Below, piece by piece: positions 17,785 through 27,311 of a stretch of DNA of 64,000 nt (its first letter is position 1; the number at the start of each line of letters is the position of its first letter). This stretch comes from Terriglobia bacterium (GTDB lineage Bacteria; Acidobacteriota; Terriglobia; 20CM-2-55-15). Location of the stretch: the NCBI GenBank assembly GCA_963664115.2, contig CAXWPJ010000010.1, positions 32,001 through 96,000 on the forward strand, given 5' to 3'. A model generated the notes under the pieces. That model made no database searches. It saw nothing but the letters and a program-made list of their open reading frames with translations, and was not told where the DNA came from. The translations under genes and the position numbers were made by a program.

Positions 17785-20277
17785 TTGAAAGTCCCGGCCG
17801 CTCTGATGATCCTGATTTTAGTCCTGTCCGGTTCCGCTTTTGCCCAGGACGGAACACTGGCGGCTGAAAACCCTCTGGCAGTCTTGAAACTGGAAGTCGA
17901 GCGCGTCCTGGAAGAGGCGGCACTGCCGTTCACCGACGCACAGGAGGACGCCGTCGTCCTCATGATGGAAGACCGGCGGCAGGCCTCGGAAGAGTTGTTT
18001 GGCGACCTGATGGACTTCAGCGCGGGCCCAACCCAGGGGCAGGCGTCGGACCGGCTGCGCTCGGCTATCGAGTACATGGAAAACGAGTTTCTCGCGCGTC
18101 TGGAGGACTACCTCACGGCCCCCCAGCTCGCCGCATGGAGCTTGCACCTGGAAACGACCGAATCGCCGGCCAACGTGGCATCGGAACAGGATCTTTCGCA
18201 ACAGCAGACCCAATACGTCCGTCTCAACCCGAATGCGTTCACCGCTGAGGAAGGGTCCTACCGGATCGGCAGTACACCGCGCCGAGCGGAAGTCATCGAG
18301 CGGGGCGGGGCCGGCGCATTTCACGGCAACGTGCAGTTCCTGATCATCGACGAATCCTTGAACGCGAGCCGGCGGTCCTACAACCGGGGCCAGCGGGTGC
18401 CCACCGTCAAGCCCCCGTATCAGGAGCGCGACACGAGTTTCGACCTCAGTGGGCCTGTTCTTCCGGGCCGGTTGACGATGAGCTTCGCGGGCCGCCAGAA
18501 CGAGGCGGAGAACGTCGACACCATCAACGCCACGCTGGCCGATGGCTCTCCGTTCTCCAGTGAAATCGTCCGGCCGACGACGCACCGCTTCCTATCCACC
18601 GGAGGGACCTACCAGTTCGCTGACGCCCATTCGCTGACGTACCACATGGAATACGCCCCGTACTCGGAAAAGAATCAAGGCATCGGAGGTTTCGTACTGC
18701 CGGAACGTGCCTGGGCGAGTGAGGGCCACAGCTGGATTGTGGACCTGAAACAGTTCTCGTCATTGTCGGCACGCAGCATTTATGAAATGCGGTTCCAGGT
18801 CAACAACAGCCACGCAGAGACGGTACCGACAACGACCGGGGTGCGGACCGACGTCGTTGATGCGTTCAGCAGCGGTGGCTCCGGGAACCGGACCGAGAGC
18901 GACAACCGCAACTACGAAATCGGCAACCTGTACACACGGATCGGGGAAGGCACGACGATCCGCTTCGGCTTCGACGGAATCTATCGGAAAAATCGGGCGC
19001 TTTCCACGGCCAACTTCGACGGAACCTTTACGTTTTCCAGCCTGGACGATTTCAACCAGGGACGGCCCTTCCAGTATCGGGTGGCGCGGGGCGAGCCCCA
19101 GCTTGAAACCACGCAAACGGAGCTGTCGTTTTTCATGCAGAACGACTGGCGGCTGACACCGGAGCTGACGTTCTATTACGGGTTTCGCTATGACTGGCAG
19201 ACGAATCTGGATGACGCGGACAACTTCGGCCCCCGATTGGGATTGGCCTACGCCCTGGGTCCGGCCACGGTCATACGCGGTGGCCTCGGTGTTTTCTACA
19301 ACAGCCTGCCTATCAACATGGTGGAGGACCAGCGGCGGCTGGACGGGACGCGTCAGTTCCAGACGGTCATCGCTGCTCCCTCCTACCCCGACCCTTTTGA
19401 GTCTGGAACCGTGCAGAACCTTCTGCCATCGGTCCGGGTGTTGGATCCGACTCTGTCGGCACCCTATTTTAGCGCCGGGTTGATTTCTATCGAACGGACA
19501 TTCCTGACCAACCTGTTCGTGAACGCCGCATATGAGTACAAGCACGACGTCCATCGCCTGCGCTTCAGGGACGTGAATGCCCCGCGCGACACCACCGCAA
19601 CTCGGCCGCGTTCCTGCACGAAGGATCAGAGTGCGGAAACCTGTGTTCGCCCCGATCCGACGAAGGAAGAAATCCTCAACCTCGAGGGTACGCGGGCCTC
19701 GATTCACCACTCGCTTCGATTTACGTATCGGCAGAGGTTCAGCATCTTCAACGTGTCGGCGAACTACCAGTATCAAAGAGTCCACTCTGACGGTGGGCCG
19801 AGGGCGAATCGTGGCACGCCCGCAGACAACTACGATCTACGGGCGGAGTGGAGCTTCGATCGCTTCTATCCGACGCACACGCTGGGCAGCACCGTGAACG
19901 CGCAGCTCCCGCTGGGTATCTTCTTGACAGGAACGATGTCCAGCAACAGCGGCCCACGTTACACCATTACGACCGGAACAGACGACAACCAGGACGGCTA
20001 TCTGACCGATCGGCCTTTAGGGTTTACCCGAAACACCGGCGATGCTCCCAAGTTCCTCAGTTTCGGCTTCAATATTTCGAAAGCGTTCTTCTTTGAGGGA
20101 ACAGGCGGAACGAACGCCACGCGGACGAATCTCAATGTGTTTGCTAACATCACAAACGCGTTCAACAACGTGAACTTCAACCCACCTTCGGGCGTGATGA
20201 CCTCACCGAATTTCGGCCTGTCAACCAGCGCACGGGATCCGCGGCTGATTGAGATCGGGCTGCGCTTCCAGTTCTGA
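17785..20277 (+). CDS. TonB-dependent-receptor-like outer-membrane beta-barrel, copy 2
   Basis: Near-identical paralog of 15130-17622 with the same length. Confidence 0.85.
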   Translation: MKVPAALMILILVLSGSAFAQDGTLAAENPLAVLKLEVERVLEEAALPFTDAQEDAVVLMMEDRRQASEELFGDLMDFSAGPTQGQASDRLRSAIEYMENEFLARLEDYLTAPQLAAWSLHLETTESPANVASEQDLSQQQTQYVRLNPNAFTAEEGSYRIGSTPRRAEVIERGGAGAFHGNVQFLIIDESLNASRRSYNRGQRVPTVKPPYQERDTSFDLSGPVLPGRLTMSFAGRQNEAENVDTINATLADGSPFSSEIVRPTTHRFLSTGGTYQFADAHSLTYHMEYAPYSEKNQGIGGFVLPERAWASEGHSWIVDLKQFSSLSARSIYEMRFQVNNSHAETVPTTTGVRTDVVDAFSSGGSGNRTESDNRNYEIGNLYTRIGEGTTIRFGFDGIYRKNRALSTANFDGTFTFSSLDDFNQGRPFQYRVARGEPQLETTQTELSFFMQNDWRLTPELTFYYGFRYDWQTNLDDADNFGPRLGLAYALGPATVIRGGLGVFYNSLPINMVEDQRRLDGTRQFQTVIAAPSYPDPFESGTVQNLLPSVRVLDPTLSAPYFSAGLISIERTFLTNLFVNAAYEYKHDVHRLRFRDVNAPRDTTATRPRSCTKDQSAETCVRPDPTKEEILNLEGTRASIHHSLRFTYRQRFSIFNVSANYQYQRVHSDGGPRANRGTPADNYDLRAEWSFDRFYPTHTLGSTVNAQLPLGIFLTGTMSSNSGPRYTITTGTDDNQDGYLTDRPLGFTRNTGDAPKFLSFGFNISKAFFFEGTGGTNATRTNLNVFANITNAFNNVNFNPPSGVMTSPNFGLSTSARDPRLIEIGLRFQF

Positions 20278-20499
20278 AAACCGTCCCCAAGATCCGACAC
20301 AAGATCGCCCGGCCATCCCCAGTATCCAAACCTGGACGATCACAAAGATCAAGGCCGCGGTGGATCGATTCTGTTTTTGACAGAGCCCTTCGCATGGATT
20401 AACGTGTATGGACGACTTCATTAAAGTGGGTTCGACCTCGTTTCCTCGATCTCAATGAAGCCTGATGAATTACGCAGAGTTAAACGGGAGGTACTACAC

Positions 20500-20907
20500 A
20501 TGCGATTCTCTCTTTCGCTGGCATTGACCGGTTTGCTCCTGATGCTGGCCCTACCGTCTGATGCTCACCATTCCGCCTCATCGTTTTGGCACACCGATCA
20601 AATTGTGGAGATCGAAGGCGTCGTGAAGTCCATCCACATCGTCAATCCACATCCTGAAATGGTGGTTGAAGTGACAGACGCCAACGGTGAGAAATCCGAC
20701 TGGTACATCAGCGGCGGGGGCAACGCCAGCGCCATGATTCGGGCCGGCTGGACCGACGACACGATCCCTGTTGGCGAGAAAGTCAAAGTTCAGGGACAAC
20801 CATCCCGTCGTGAAGGCGCAAAGGCTCTGCTCTCGGGAGACGTCACTACAGAAGACGGCGTGGTGATTTCGTTTGGCTTCATCCAATTGGAGGAAGCCGT
20901 CAACTAG
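20500..20907 (+). CDS. DUF6152 family protein
   Basis: GGAGG RBS; signal SDA|HH; IVNPHP; AGW..GEKVKV. Confidence 0.8.
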   Translation: MRFSLSLALTGLLLMLALPSDAHHSASSFWHTDQIVEIEGVVKSIHIVNPHPEMVVEVTDANGEKSDWYISGGGNASAMIRAGWTDDTIPVGEKVKVQGQPSRREGAKALLSGDVTTEDGVVISFGFIQLEEAVN

Positions 20908-20949
20908 CCTGAACGAATCCGCCTGGAGCCTTGAGACAAGTTACCCGAG

Positions 20950-21744
20950 CTAAGGGACGCAGGTCGGCGCAATGGTCTCCATGGATAAGAGATCGATCCG
21001 CCGGCTGTCCGGGAGCCGGATCGAATAGCCTTTGACCTGCAGCTTCTCGCCACGGTGGTCGTCGGGAGTGAATCCGCCGCGAAGAGACCCAATGCCCTGC
21101 AACTGGAAGGTATGCGTGCCTAGGGGCTGGACCTGGGCCCGGGCCAGCTCCTCATCGGTCGATCCCCGAGCCCGATCCGTTCTCGCCGGCTCACTCGCGC
21201 TCGTCAGTATCCAATTGCCTCCTTCATCCTCTGTAAGGCAACCGATCAGCTGTGCGAGAGAGCCGCTTGGGATGGGCTGGGGTCCATCCTCGCCCTCGAT
21301 CTGAATTCCGCCTAGGGTCTCGACCGCCAACTCCTCGTCACCGGCCGGAAAAGAGTTCACCGCCAATATACGCGCCACGATGTCGAGGTACGTACGGTCA
21401 CTCAGGCGGGCAGGCGTGTCCCGTGGCATCGTGTCTCGAATCAAGCCGAATAGGCTTCCCAGATTGTACTCGCGCCAGCGTTCCATGAACGCCGTGCCTG
21501 TAAAGCCGGCGCCCGGTTGCCTGCCGTCCTCGGCCCCATGACATCCCGCGCAGTTCGCTTCGAATGCCATCTGGCCTCGGTCTGATTCTTCGATGGTGTA
21601 TACGCCATCCCAGACAGTCTTACTCTCCTCGCTCTGAGTTACGGCAAGACTTCCGCTCCCGGCTGCCTGAATCTCGTCCACAGGCACACCCCAGATGGCC
21701 GCTGTCAGGATGATCGTCATGGCCGTCACTCGTCGATTATTCAA
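20950..21744 (-). CDS. Periplasmic class I monoheme cytochrome c with extra C-terminal domain
   Basis: Signal peptide; VWDGVYT; CAGCHG; distal Met in TMP; C-terminal domain with two Cys. Confidence 0.82.
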   Translation of the reverse strand: MNNRRVTAMTIILTAAIWGVPVDEIQAAGSGSLAVTQSEESKTVWDGVYTIEESDRGQMAFEANCAGCHGAEDGRQPGAGFTGTAFMERWREYNLGSLFGLIRDTMPRDTPARLSDRTYLDIVARILAVNSFPAGDEELAVETLGGIQIEGEDGPQPIPSGSLAQLIGCLTEDEGGNWILTSASEPARTDRARGSTDEELARAQVQPLGTHTFQLQGIGSLRGGFTPDDHRGEKLQVKGYSIRLPDSRRIDLLSMETIAPTCVP

Positions 21745-22001
21745 TTACGATGCCTCCAAAAGCCCAGACCAAAGATTTGTTTGCTGCCTGTGGATGACTC
21801 GACCGCGAAATCCGCTCAGTACATGCTTGCACGGACGCTTGCATTTTCTTTTCAGCCAATGTTTCGACGTTGGTGATTTAGTAATCGTGGATGGTTCCGG
21901 CGTGGGGAACGCGTCCCCGAGCCAGTCTTCGAACGGTTTTCAGCGACTGCTTAGGAATAGACGGGTCGTTGCTGTGGGCATCTGAATGTAGGAGCGTTCC
22001 T

Positions 22002-22760
22002 TTATCTCGCCGAGCAAGGCGTCGGGTTCCATCCTGAGCCATCCGGTATCTTCTTGAACTGCTGGCTCATTGCCAGAGGATCGCTCAGGTACTGCGGATC
22101 CTCAAACATCGTAATCACAAAGAGCAGCGTATCGCCGTTCGCTTCGTTGAAGATGTAGAAGTACTCGGTCATGACTCCATCCCCACCAAACGGAACTCCA
22201 TTCTTACGCAGGTATCCCGGTCGCAGGTTGGTCGTCACCACTTTCAAATGACCGCCACCGGGGACTCCGAACTCGCCCCCTGTCACCACCCACTCGGCGG
22301 TTGAATGTCCCTGCCACGTCGGTTCCGAGCCGGCTGGCGTCTGATCGAAACGAAACGAACGCGTCTGCATTCCGGCGTCCGTATCCATTCGCAGAGTCAT
22401 ATCGCTTTCCCAGGTGATGTTGAGACGCGTAGGCACCCGCAGAATCGCCGGGGCGGCATAGGCTTTGCATGCCTCGCCGGCGGCCTCATCTGCTGCCGGA
22501 TCCCAGCTGTCGGCTATTCGGCGGCCTTCATCATTGAGAGGAACACCCGAGTAATCACCTCTTGCCGGAGTGACCATACGCAAGTGCCAGTCTTCGTTTA
22601 CGAGGGATACCCAGGTCCCCGTCAGATCGATCGGGGCATCGGCCTGTGGTGATGGGCCAGCCCCCTGAGCCTGCATGTCAGCCGGAACCGAAAACATCAG
22701 CACCACGACAGCGGCAACGTATAGCCCTACAGCACAGCTCCGTAGCAATCTGGAAATCAT
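22002..22760 (-). CDS. Secreted conserved hypothetical protein (divergent DUF6152-partner family)
   Basis: GGAGG RBS; signal peptide; DLTGTW, WQGHSTAEW, LKVVTTNLRPGYLRKNGVP, DPQYL; Cys pair. Confidence 0.78.
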   Translation of the reverse strand: MISRLLRSCAVGLYVAAVVVLMFSVPADMQAQGAGPSPQADAPIDLTGTWVSLVNEDWHLRMVTPARGDYSGVPLNDEGRRIADSWDPAADEAAGEACKAYAAPAILRVPTRLNITWESDMTLRMDTDAGMQTRSFRFDQTPAGSEPTWQGHSTAEWVVTGGEFGVPGGGHLKVVTTNLRPGYLRKNGVPFGGDGVMTEYFYIFNEANGDTLLFVITMFEDPQYLSDPLAMSQQFKKIPDGSGWNPTPCSAR

Positions 22761-22876
22761 TCTTCCTCCGACAGTTTCAGCAAGCGTTCGCACGGCCCGA
22801 ATTAACTTCCTCTAGACGAGGACGGGCCTTCAACCACATCTCCCAGCTGAGCCGGCGGCCACAATCAGAGAGGTCG

Positions 22877-23278
22877 TCAGTCGACAATCTCTCCGGGCCG
22901 GAAGCCCCAGGCGAACCCATCGGACGGCCGATGCAGGGTGTTCATTTTCATCCTGCGCTCCCCGGGAGTGCGCGAGGGATTCCCGGCGATAATCACTTTG
23001 TCGCCGGGTTTGAACGTGTCCCGTGTCACACCCTGGGTGCCGAGCCGGGCGGCGCCGCCCCACTCGACAGCCCACCGCTGCATAACTCCGTTCTCGTCGG
23101 GAACATTTATTTGAACGAATGCATGGGGGTTGCGATAGAGCAACAGGACCATCTCTCCTTCAAGTGTGATTTCCTTTTCCGCGTCATAGGTGCCGACGAT
23201 GGAATGGTGGGCTTCTGCACTGATCGTGCCAAATACCAGCAGACCAGCACCGAGGAAAAGAAATAATTTTCTTTTCAT
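22877..23278 (-). CDS. DUF6152 family protein
   Basis: Signal AEA|HH; YRNPHA; WAVEWG; FKPGDKV..GNPSR. Confidence 0.85.
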   Translation of the reverse strand: MKRKLFLFLGAGLLVFGTISAEAHHSIVGTYDAEKEITLEGEMVLLLYRNPHAFVQINVPDENGVMQRWAVEWGGAARLGTQGVTRDTFKPGDKVIIAGNPSRTPGERRMKMNTLHRPSDGFAWGFRPGEIVD

Positions 23279-23341
23279 GATCTTTTCTTCCTCCCAAGAT
23301 AGCGACTGGCCGCAAGCAACCGCATTGCTGGGGCGCCGAAG

Positions 23342-24505
23342 CTATTGTTGACTGAGATCCCGATACACAGTTTCGACAAACATGTCCGCTGTCCAGTAGT
23401 CCGTCGCATACCGTCGATCAAAATCCAGTGTCGGGTTCGCCGCCTTCACCTGCTCCAGCGGCATATCCCTCCGAATCATGTCGCGAATGCGGTCCCGAAT
23501 GATCGTCACTACGTCCCGATAGCGGGCAACGTCGGAAGCATCGCTGAGGCGCCCGTGACCGGGGATGATCATCGTTCCCCCTTGCATATTGTTCTCCGTT
23601 ACAGCCAGATCGAGAATGTGATTCAGACCGTCGAGAACACCTTGAACGCTCCCGCCTTTCTCAAGATCGATCATAGGATAGTGGGTGGTCACAAAAACAT
23701 CACCGGTAGCAATCACGTCGGAGTAGCGGAAATGAACGATGCTGTCGCCGTCGGTGATCGCCCTCGGCGCGTGATAGAGCTGAATCGCGTCACCGTTGAA
23801 AAACCGGTAAAACTTGTAGTAGGCCCTGAAGGGCCCCCGGCCCGCATTGCCACCATAAATCTCCGAGGGCATCGCATAAAACGACGCACCGGGCATTACC
23901 TCGGGCATTCTGATAAGAACATTTTCATGGGCCGCCACCACTGCACCCTCTTGCACATCCGCGGAGAGGAGCCCGTCGAGATTGCCGCCCTGGAAATTAG
24001 CACCCCCGATCCGTGAGATCGTCTCGTTGCCACCCACGTGATCGGGAAGGACACTGGTATTGATGACGTAGCGAACGGGCTTAGGGGGAGCGGGTGAGGC
24101 AGTGATCGCCGCGAAGTACGGACTGTTGCCTTTGTTTGTCAGCGTCGGACAACCCACACATATCTGATTGGGACGGGGTGAACCTTCTACAGCTGTGAGG
24201 ACCTGCCGGACCGCTGCCACGACTTCTTCCGCCATCGCTTCCGAACCCGCATCCACCAATATGGCGCCGTCGGGGCCCACCGACACAGCGATGTTGCCGC
24301 CGGCGCCTACGAGCATATAGACGGTCCCCTGCACCGGCAGAGCGCGGATTTCCCCATCGCCAGCGAAGGGATTCTGCCCGGCAAAGCCGGACTCGCCTAG
24401 ACCAAGCATTCCAATCGAGACGACGATGACCCAAGTCAAGACCGCCCTCAGACGACTGGACGGATACGCGATGTTTCTTTTCATTACCTGCTCCAATCTC
24501 GTCAC
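23342..24505 (-). CDS. Secreted metallo-beta-lactamase-fold (cyclase-like) protein with degenerate metal motif
   Basis: GAGGNI, LVDAG, INTSVLPDHVGGN, AITDGD, ATGD, IPGHG. The start may be ATG 24484. Confidence 0.82.
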   Translation of the reverse strand: MTRLEQVMKRNIAYPSSRLRAVLTWVIVVSIGMLGLGESGFAGQNPFAGDGEIRALPVQGTVYMLVGAGGNIAVSVGPDGAILVDAGSEAMAEEVVAAVRQVLTAVEGSPRPNQICVGCPTLTNKGNSPYFAAITASPAPPKPVRYVINTSVLPDHVGGNETISRIGGANFQGGNLDGLLSADVQEGAVVAAHENVLIRMPEVMPGASFYAMPSEIYGGNAGRGPFRAYYKFYRFFNGDAIQLYHAPRAITDGDSIVHFRYSDVIATGDVFVTTHYPMIDLEKGGSVQGVLDGLNHILDLAVTENNMQGGTMIIPGHGRLSDASDVARYRDVVTIIRDRIRDMIRRDMPLEQVKAANPTLDFDRRYATDYWTADMFVETVYRDLSQQ

Positions 24506-25368
24506 TGGTTCGACCGGTAGCTCTCCAATTTCAATTGGTACTCTGGATACATTTTTTCCGCACCGTCATTCAACACTTCTCGGGGAATGTCGTGCTTATC
24601 GACAAAGTCAGTGAAGTACGTGTTCGTTCCGGGCAAAAAGTGCGGAACCGCGCCCCTTTCCAACGGAGACTCATCGACCGGGATGCAGGGACTGGGGGGC
24701 AACCTCGCTTCCAGATCGATTCTGAATGCCTGGCTGGTTACATAGGGCTCCTCCAGATAGACAGGATCAGTAATAGACTGAACAACGAAGAGGTAATCGC
24801 CGTGACGAATCCAACGTTCCGTGATCGTAACCTTGTCACTGGAGGGCATGCCGTTCATCCCGAAGTAACCGTCTTTGATATGGGTGGTCGTAATGACGAG
24901 CGTGTTGCCTTCCCATTTGCCCGTAGAGAAGCCTCCCCAGGTGTGCGCCGCTTCCTCCGGGGGATGCGGACGACCATCTAAGTAAAACAACACGTCGAAA
25001 TTCCGGCGGCGCTCCATGCGGAACGCAGTGGTCTCTCTGGAGACGGGATCCACGACCTTCGTGATCCGGTTTTGACCCGTACCGCGCCAGTGGAAAGTGG
25101 CGACGTGTGGCCTGCACTGGTACTCCGGCAGCCCCCAGAGACTGAGATTGTGGGTCTCGGCGCTCAAACGGCCGGCGTCATTGTAGGGAATGTTGACGAT
25201 GTCGCCAACCTCCTGCATTCTGGGATCCCCCTCACCCTGCTGGATCCACTGAGTCCACTCTCCTGAAAAATCGATTCCGGGAGATTGCGCAAAGGCTGGA
25301 GTGACTGCCAGTATCACTGCCAGCAGGAACAACAAAACCACGGTCTTCCCTCGATTGGCCCTATTCAT
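24502..25368 (-). CDS. Secreted conserved hypothetical protein (GKWEGNTLV family, DUF6152 partner)
   Basis: Signal peptide; DFSGEW; PEYQCRPH; LDGRPHP..WGGFSTGKWEGNTLV; DPVYLEEP. Confidence 0.8.
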   Translation of the reverse strand: MNRANRGKTVVLLFLLAVILAVTPAFAQSPGIDFSGEWTQWIQQGEGDPRMQEVGDIVNIPYNDAGRLSAETHNLSLWGLPEYQCRPHVATFHWRGTGQNRITKVVDPVSRETTAFRMERRRNFDVLFYLDGRPHPPEEAAHTWGGFSTGKWEGNTLVITTTHIKDGYFGMNGMPSSDKVTITERWIRHGDYLFVVQSITDPVYLEEPYVTSQAFRIDLEARLPPSPCIPVDESPLERGAVPHFLPGTNTYFTDFVDKHDIPREVLNDGAEKMYPEYQLKLESYRSNQ

Positions 25369-25796
25369 ACAACCCTCCGCACAGTGCTAAACCAGCAGGT
25401 GCACTTAATGAATATTCATGTAGATACAACTTGCCCGCCCACTTTGCCGGTAAACGCTTCAATGGTTCTTGCTTGCCTTGTGTATAGCAGAGCCAGCGGC
25501 TTTAATTCAACCTGATTTCGAATGAAGAACCTGGAGATGCACATCCCCGGAAATACCCGGCCGCCATAGTGGGACAGATCTAAAACAGGCCTCAGGGCGA
25601 GGGCTCGGACGGCATTTGCTCCTCAAACTGATTCGGACTAGCCGCGTCGTGTGGAGTTTCGATGTGACGAGCCAGCAAGGGATACAGGCCAATGACAACG
25701 CTGCCGAGGGCCGTCACCGGCAGATGGTGGGCAGCGATGCGATTGAGGGACATGCAAGGCTCGGGAACTTCGCCCGGCCCCGAACCGAATTCAAGA

Positions 25797-26948
25797 CTAC
25801 TGCATTGCCGCAGTCCGTTCGCGTGAAATTCTAAGGGCCTGGGCTACCTGGGCTGGCGTCATTGCATTCTCCAGGGTCCTCCGGAATGCGGGCGCATTCG
25901 CTTCCCCAAAGGTCACGGCAAGTTCCGTCCAAACGTAGGCCTGTACGAGATCTCTAGGGACTCCGTCAGCATTGAAATACATCAATGCGAGGTTGAACTG
26001 CGCGCCGGCATTGCCCTGTTCGGCGGCACTCCTGAACAAATCCACGGCCGCCGGGACATCCCTCGCTACTCCCTCACCGCTGTAGTAGATGACTCCAAGA
26101 TTGAATTGTGCCAAGGCATGGCCCTGATCGGCGGCTTGCCGGTACAAGCCGAGTGCCGCGGCGAAATCTTCAGCAACACCATCACCAAAGTAATACATCT
26201 CTCCAAGGACAAATTGCGCGTCCGCATGCTCCAGCTCTGCTGCCTTTTCGAACCATTCCCTGGCCTGCGGCAAACTCCGGGGAACCCCCTCGCCATTCTG
26301 ATACATCATTCCAAGGTTGTAGTGCGCAGCGGAATGTCCCTGCTCCGCTGCCATCCGGTACCATGAGGCAGCCGCCGCAGGGTCCCTGGGAACCCCGTCG
26401 CCCCGACCATGCATCATGCCGAGATTCAGCTGTGCGACCACGTCACCCTGATCGGCGGCCATTCGGAACCACTCGGCGGCCGCAGTGGAGTCCCGGTTAA
26501 CGCCGTCGCCAACCTGGTACATCAGGCCCAGATTCAGTTGCGCCACAATGTCGCCCTGCTCGGCGGATTTTCGAAACCATTCGGCAGCTCTGACGAAATC
26601 TTCTGGCACACCGTCACCCCGGGCGTACAACATACCCAGATTAAACTGAGCCAGGACATCCCCCTGATCTCCCGCCTTCGAGTACCACTCGACGGCCTTA
26701 GCCGAATCTTGCGGGACTCCGTTACCGTTTTGATACATGGCGGCAAGGTTGAACTGCGCCTCAGAATGTCCCTGCTCTGCTGCCACCGTGTACCACTGGG
26801 CGGCCTGGACACCATCCAGAGGAACGCCATCGCCGTTCTGATACGCCAGGCCCCGCAAGAATGCCTCTTCCGCGCTCTCCTGTGCAAAGACGCTATTGGA
26901 CCATGATCCAACCGTCAGCAGAACAAGGGGTATCCACACGCGGTACAT
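25797..26948 (-). CDS. Secreted Sel1-like repeat protein
   Basis: Signal peptide and about 9 repeats of AQxNLGxMYxxGxGVxxDxxxAxxWxxxAAEQG. Confidence 0.92.
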   Translation of the reverse strand: MYRVWIPLVLLTVGSWSNSVFAQESAEEAFLRGLAYQNGDGVPLDGVQAAQWYTVAAEQGHSEAQFNLAAMYQNGNGVPQDSAKAVEWYSKAGDQGDVLAQFNLGMLYARGDGVPEDFVRAAEWFRKSAEQGDIVAQLNLGLMYQVGDGVNRDSTAAAEWFRMAADQGDVVAQLNLGMMHGRGDGVPRDPAAAASWYRMAAEQGHSAAHYNLGMMYQNGEGVPRSLPQAREWFEKAAELEHADAQFVLGEMYYFGDGVAEDFAAALGLYRQAADQGHALAQFNLGVIYYSGEGVARDVPAAVDLFRSAAEQGNAGAQFNLALMYFNADGVPRDLVQAYVWTELAVTFGEANAPAFRRTLENAMTPAQVAQALRISRERTAAMQ

Positions 26949-27311
26949 GCATCACCTCCAAATCTTAAGTCCGCCCACCGAAGCAGCGGCGTCGGACTGA
27001 CTCAATGGAGCCGGCTTCAGAACGATCTTGCCGAAAGCGGGCTGCAAATGGATGATAGCGGAATTTTTGATGCGACGACACAGGGTCGCCGCAGGCAGAA
27101 CAGCGATTTTGAAGATGGACCTGCCTGCGCAAACGTCCAAGGGCTTGCATAACCACTTTTGCCACAGTGGACTGGCTGAATCAGGGAGTCCACCTGATGC
27201 GATGAGACCTCTTTGAAGCACGATCACGACGATAAGCGAGAAGGACCGGAAAGGGTTCGAGTGGTCGCGTCATCGCTGCCCTCAAGCAAAACCGTAATGC
27301 GTCCCCCGCCT

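Larger units (their letters stand above)
15078..20277 (+). repeat. Tandem duplication (unit about 2.55 kb, period 2655 bp) of promoter plus barrel gene
   Basis: 15078-17622 and 17733-20277 align from GGCC(G/A)TGGATTTGGCC(G/A)TATAAT to the stop codon; the ORF lengths are equal. Confidence 0.9.

Noticed and set aside
23342-24505. Functional beta-lactamase resistance gene
   Set aside because: Cyclase-like MBL subfamily with the site-1 histidines absent.
25369-25796. Short ORFs here and at 26952-27227, 49770-49988 and 53163-53485
   Set aside because: No recognisable motifs, RBS or protein-like composition.
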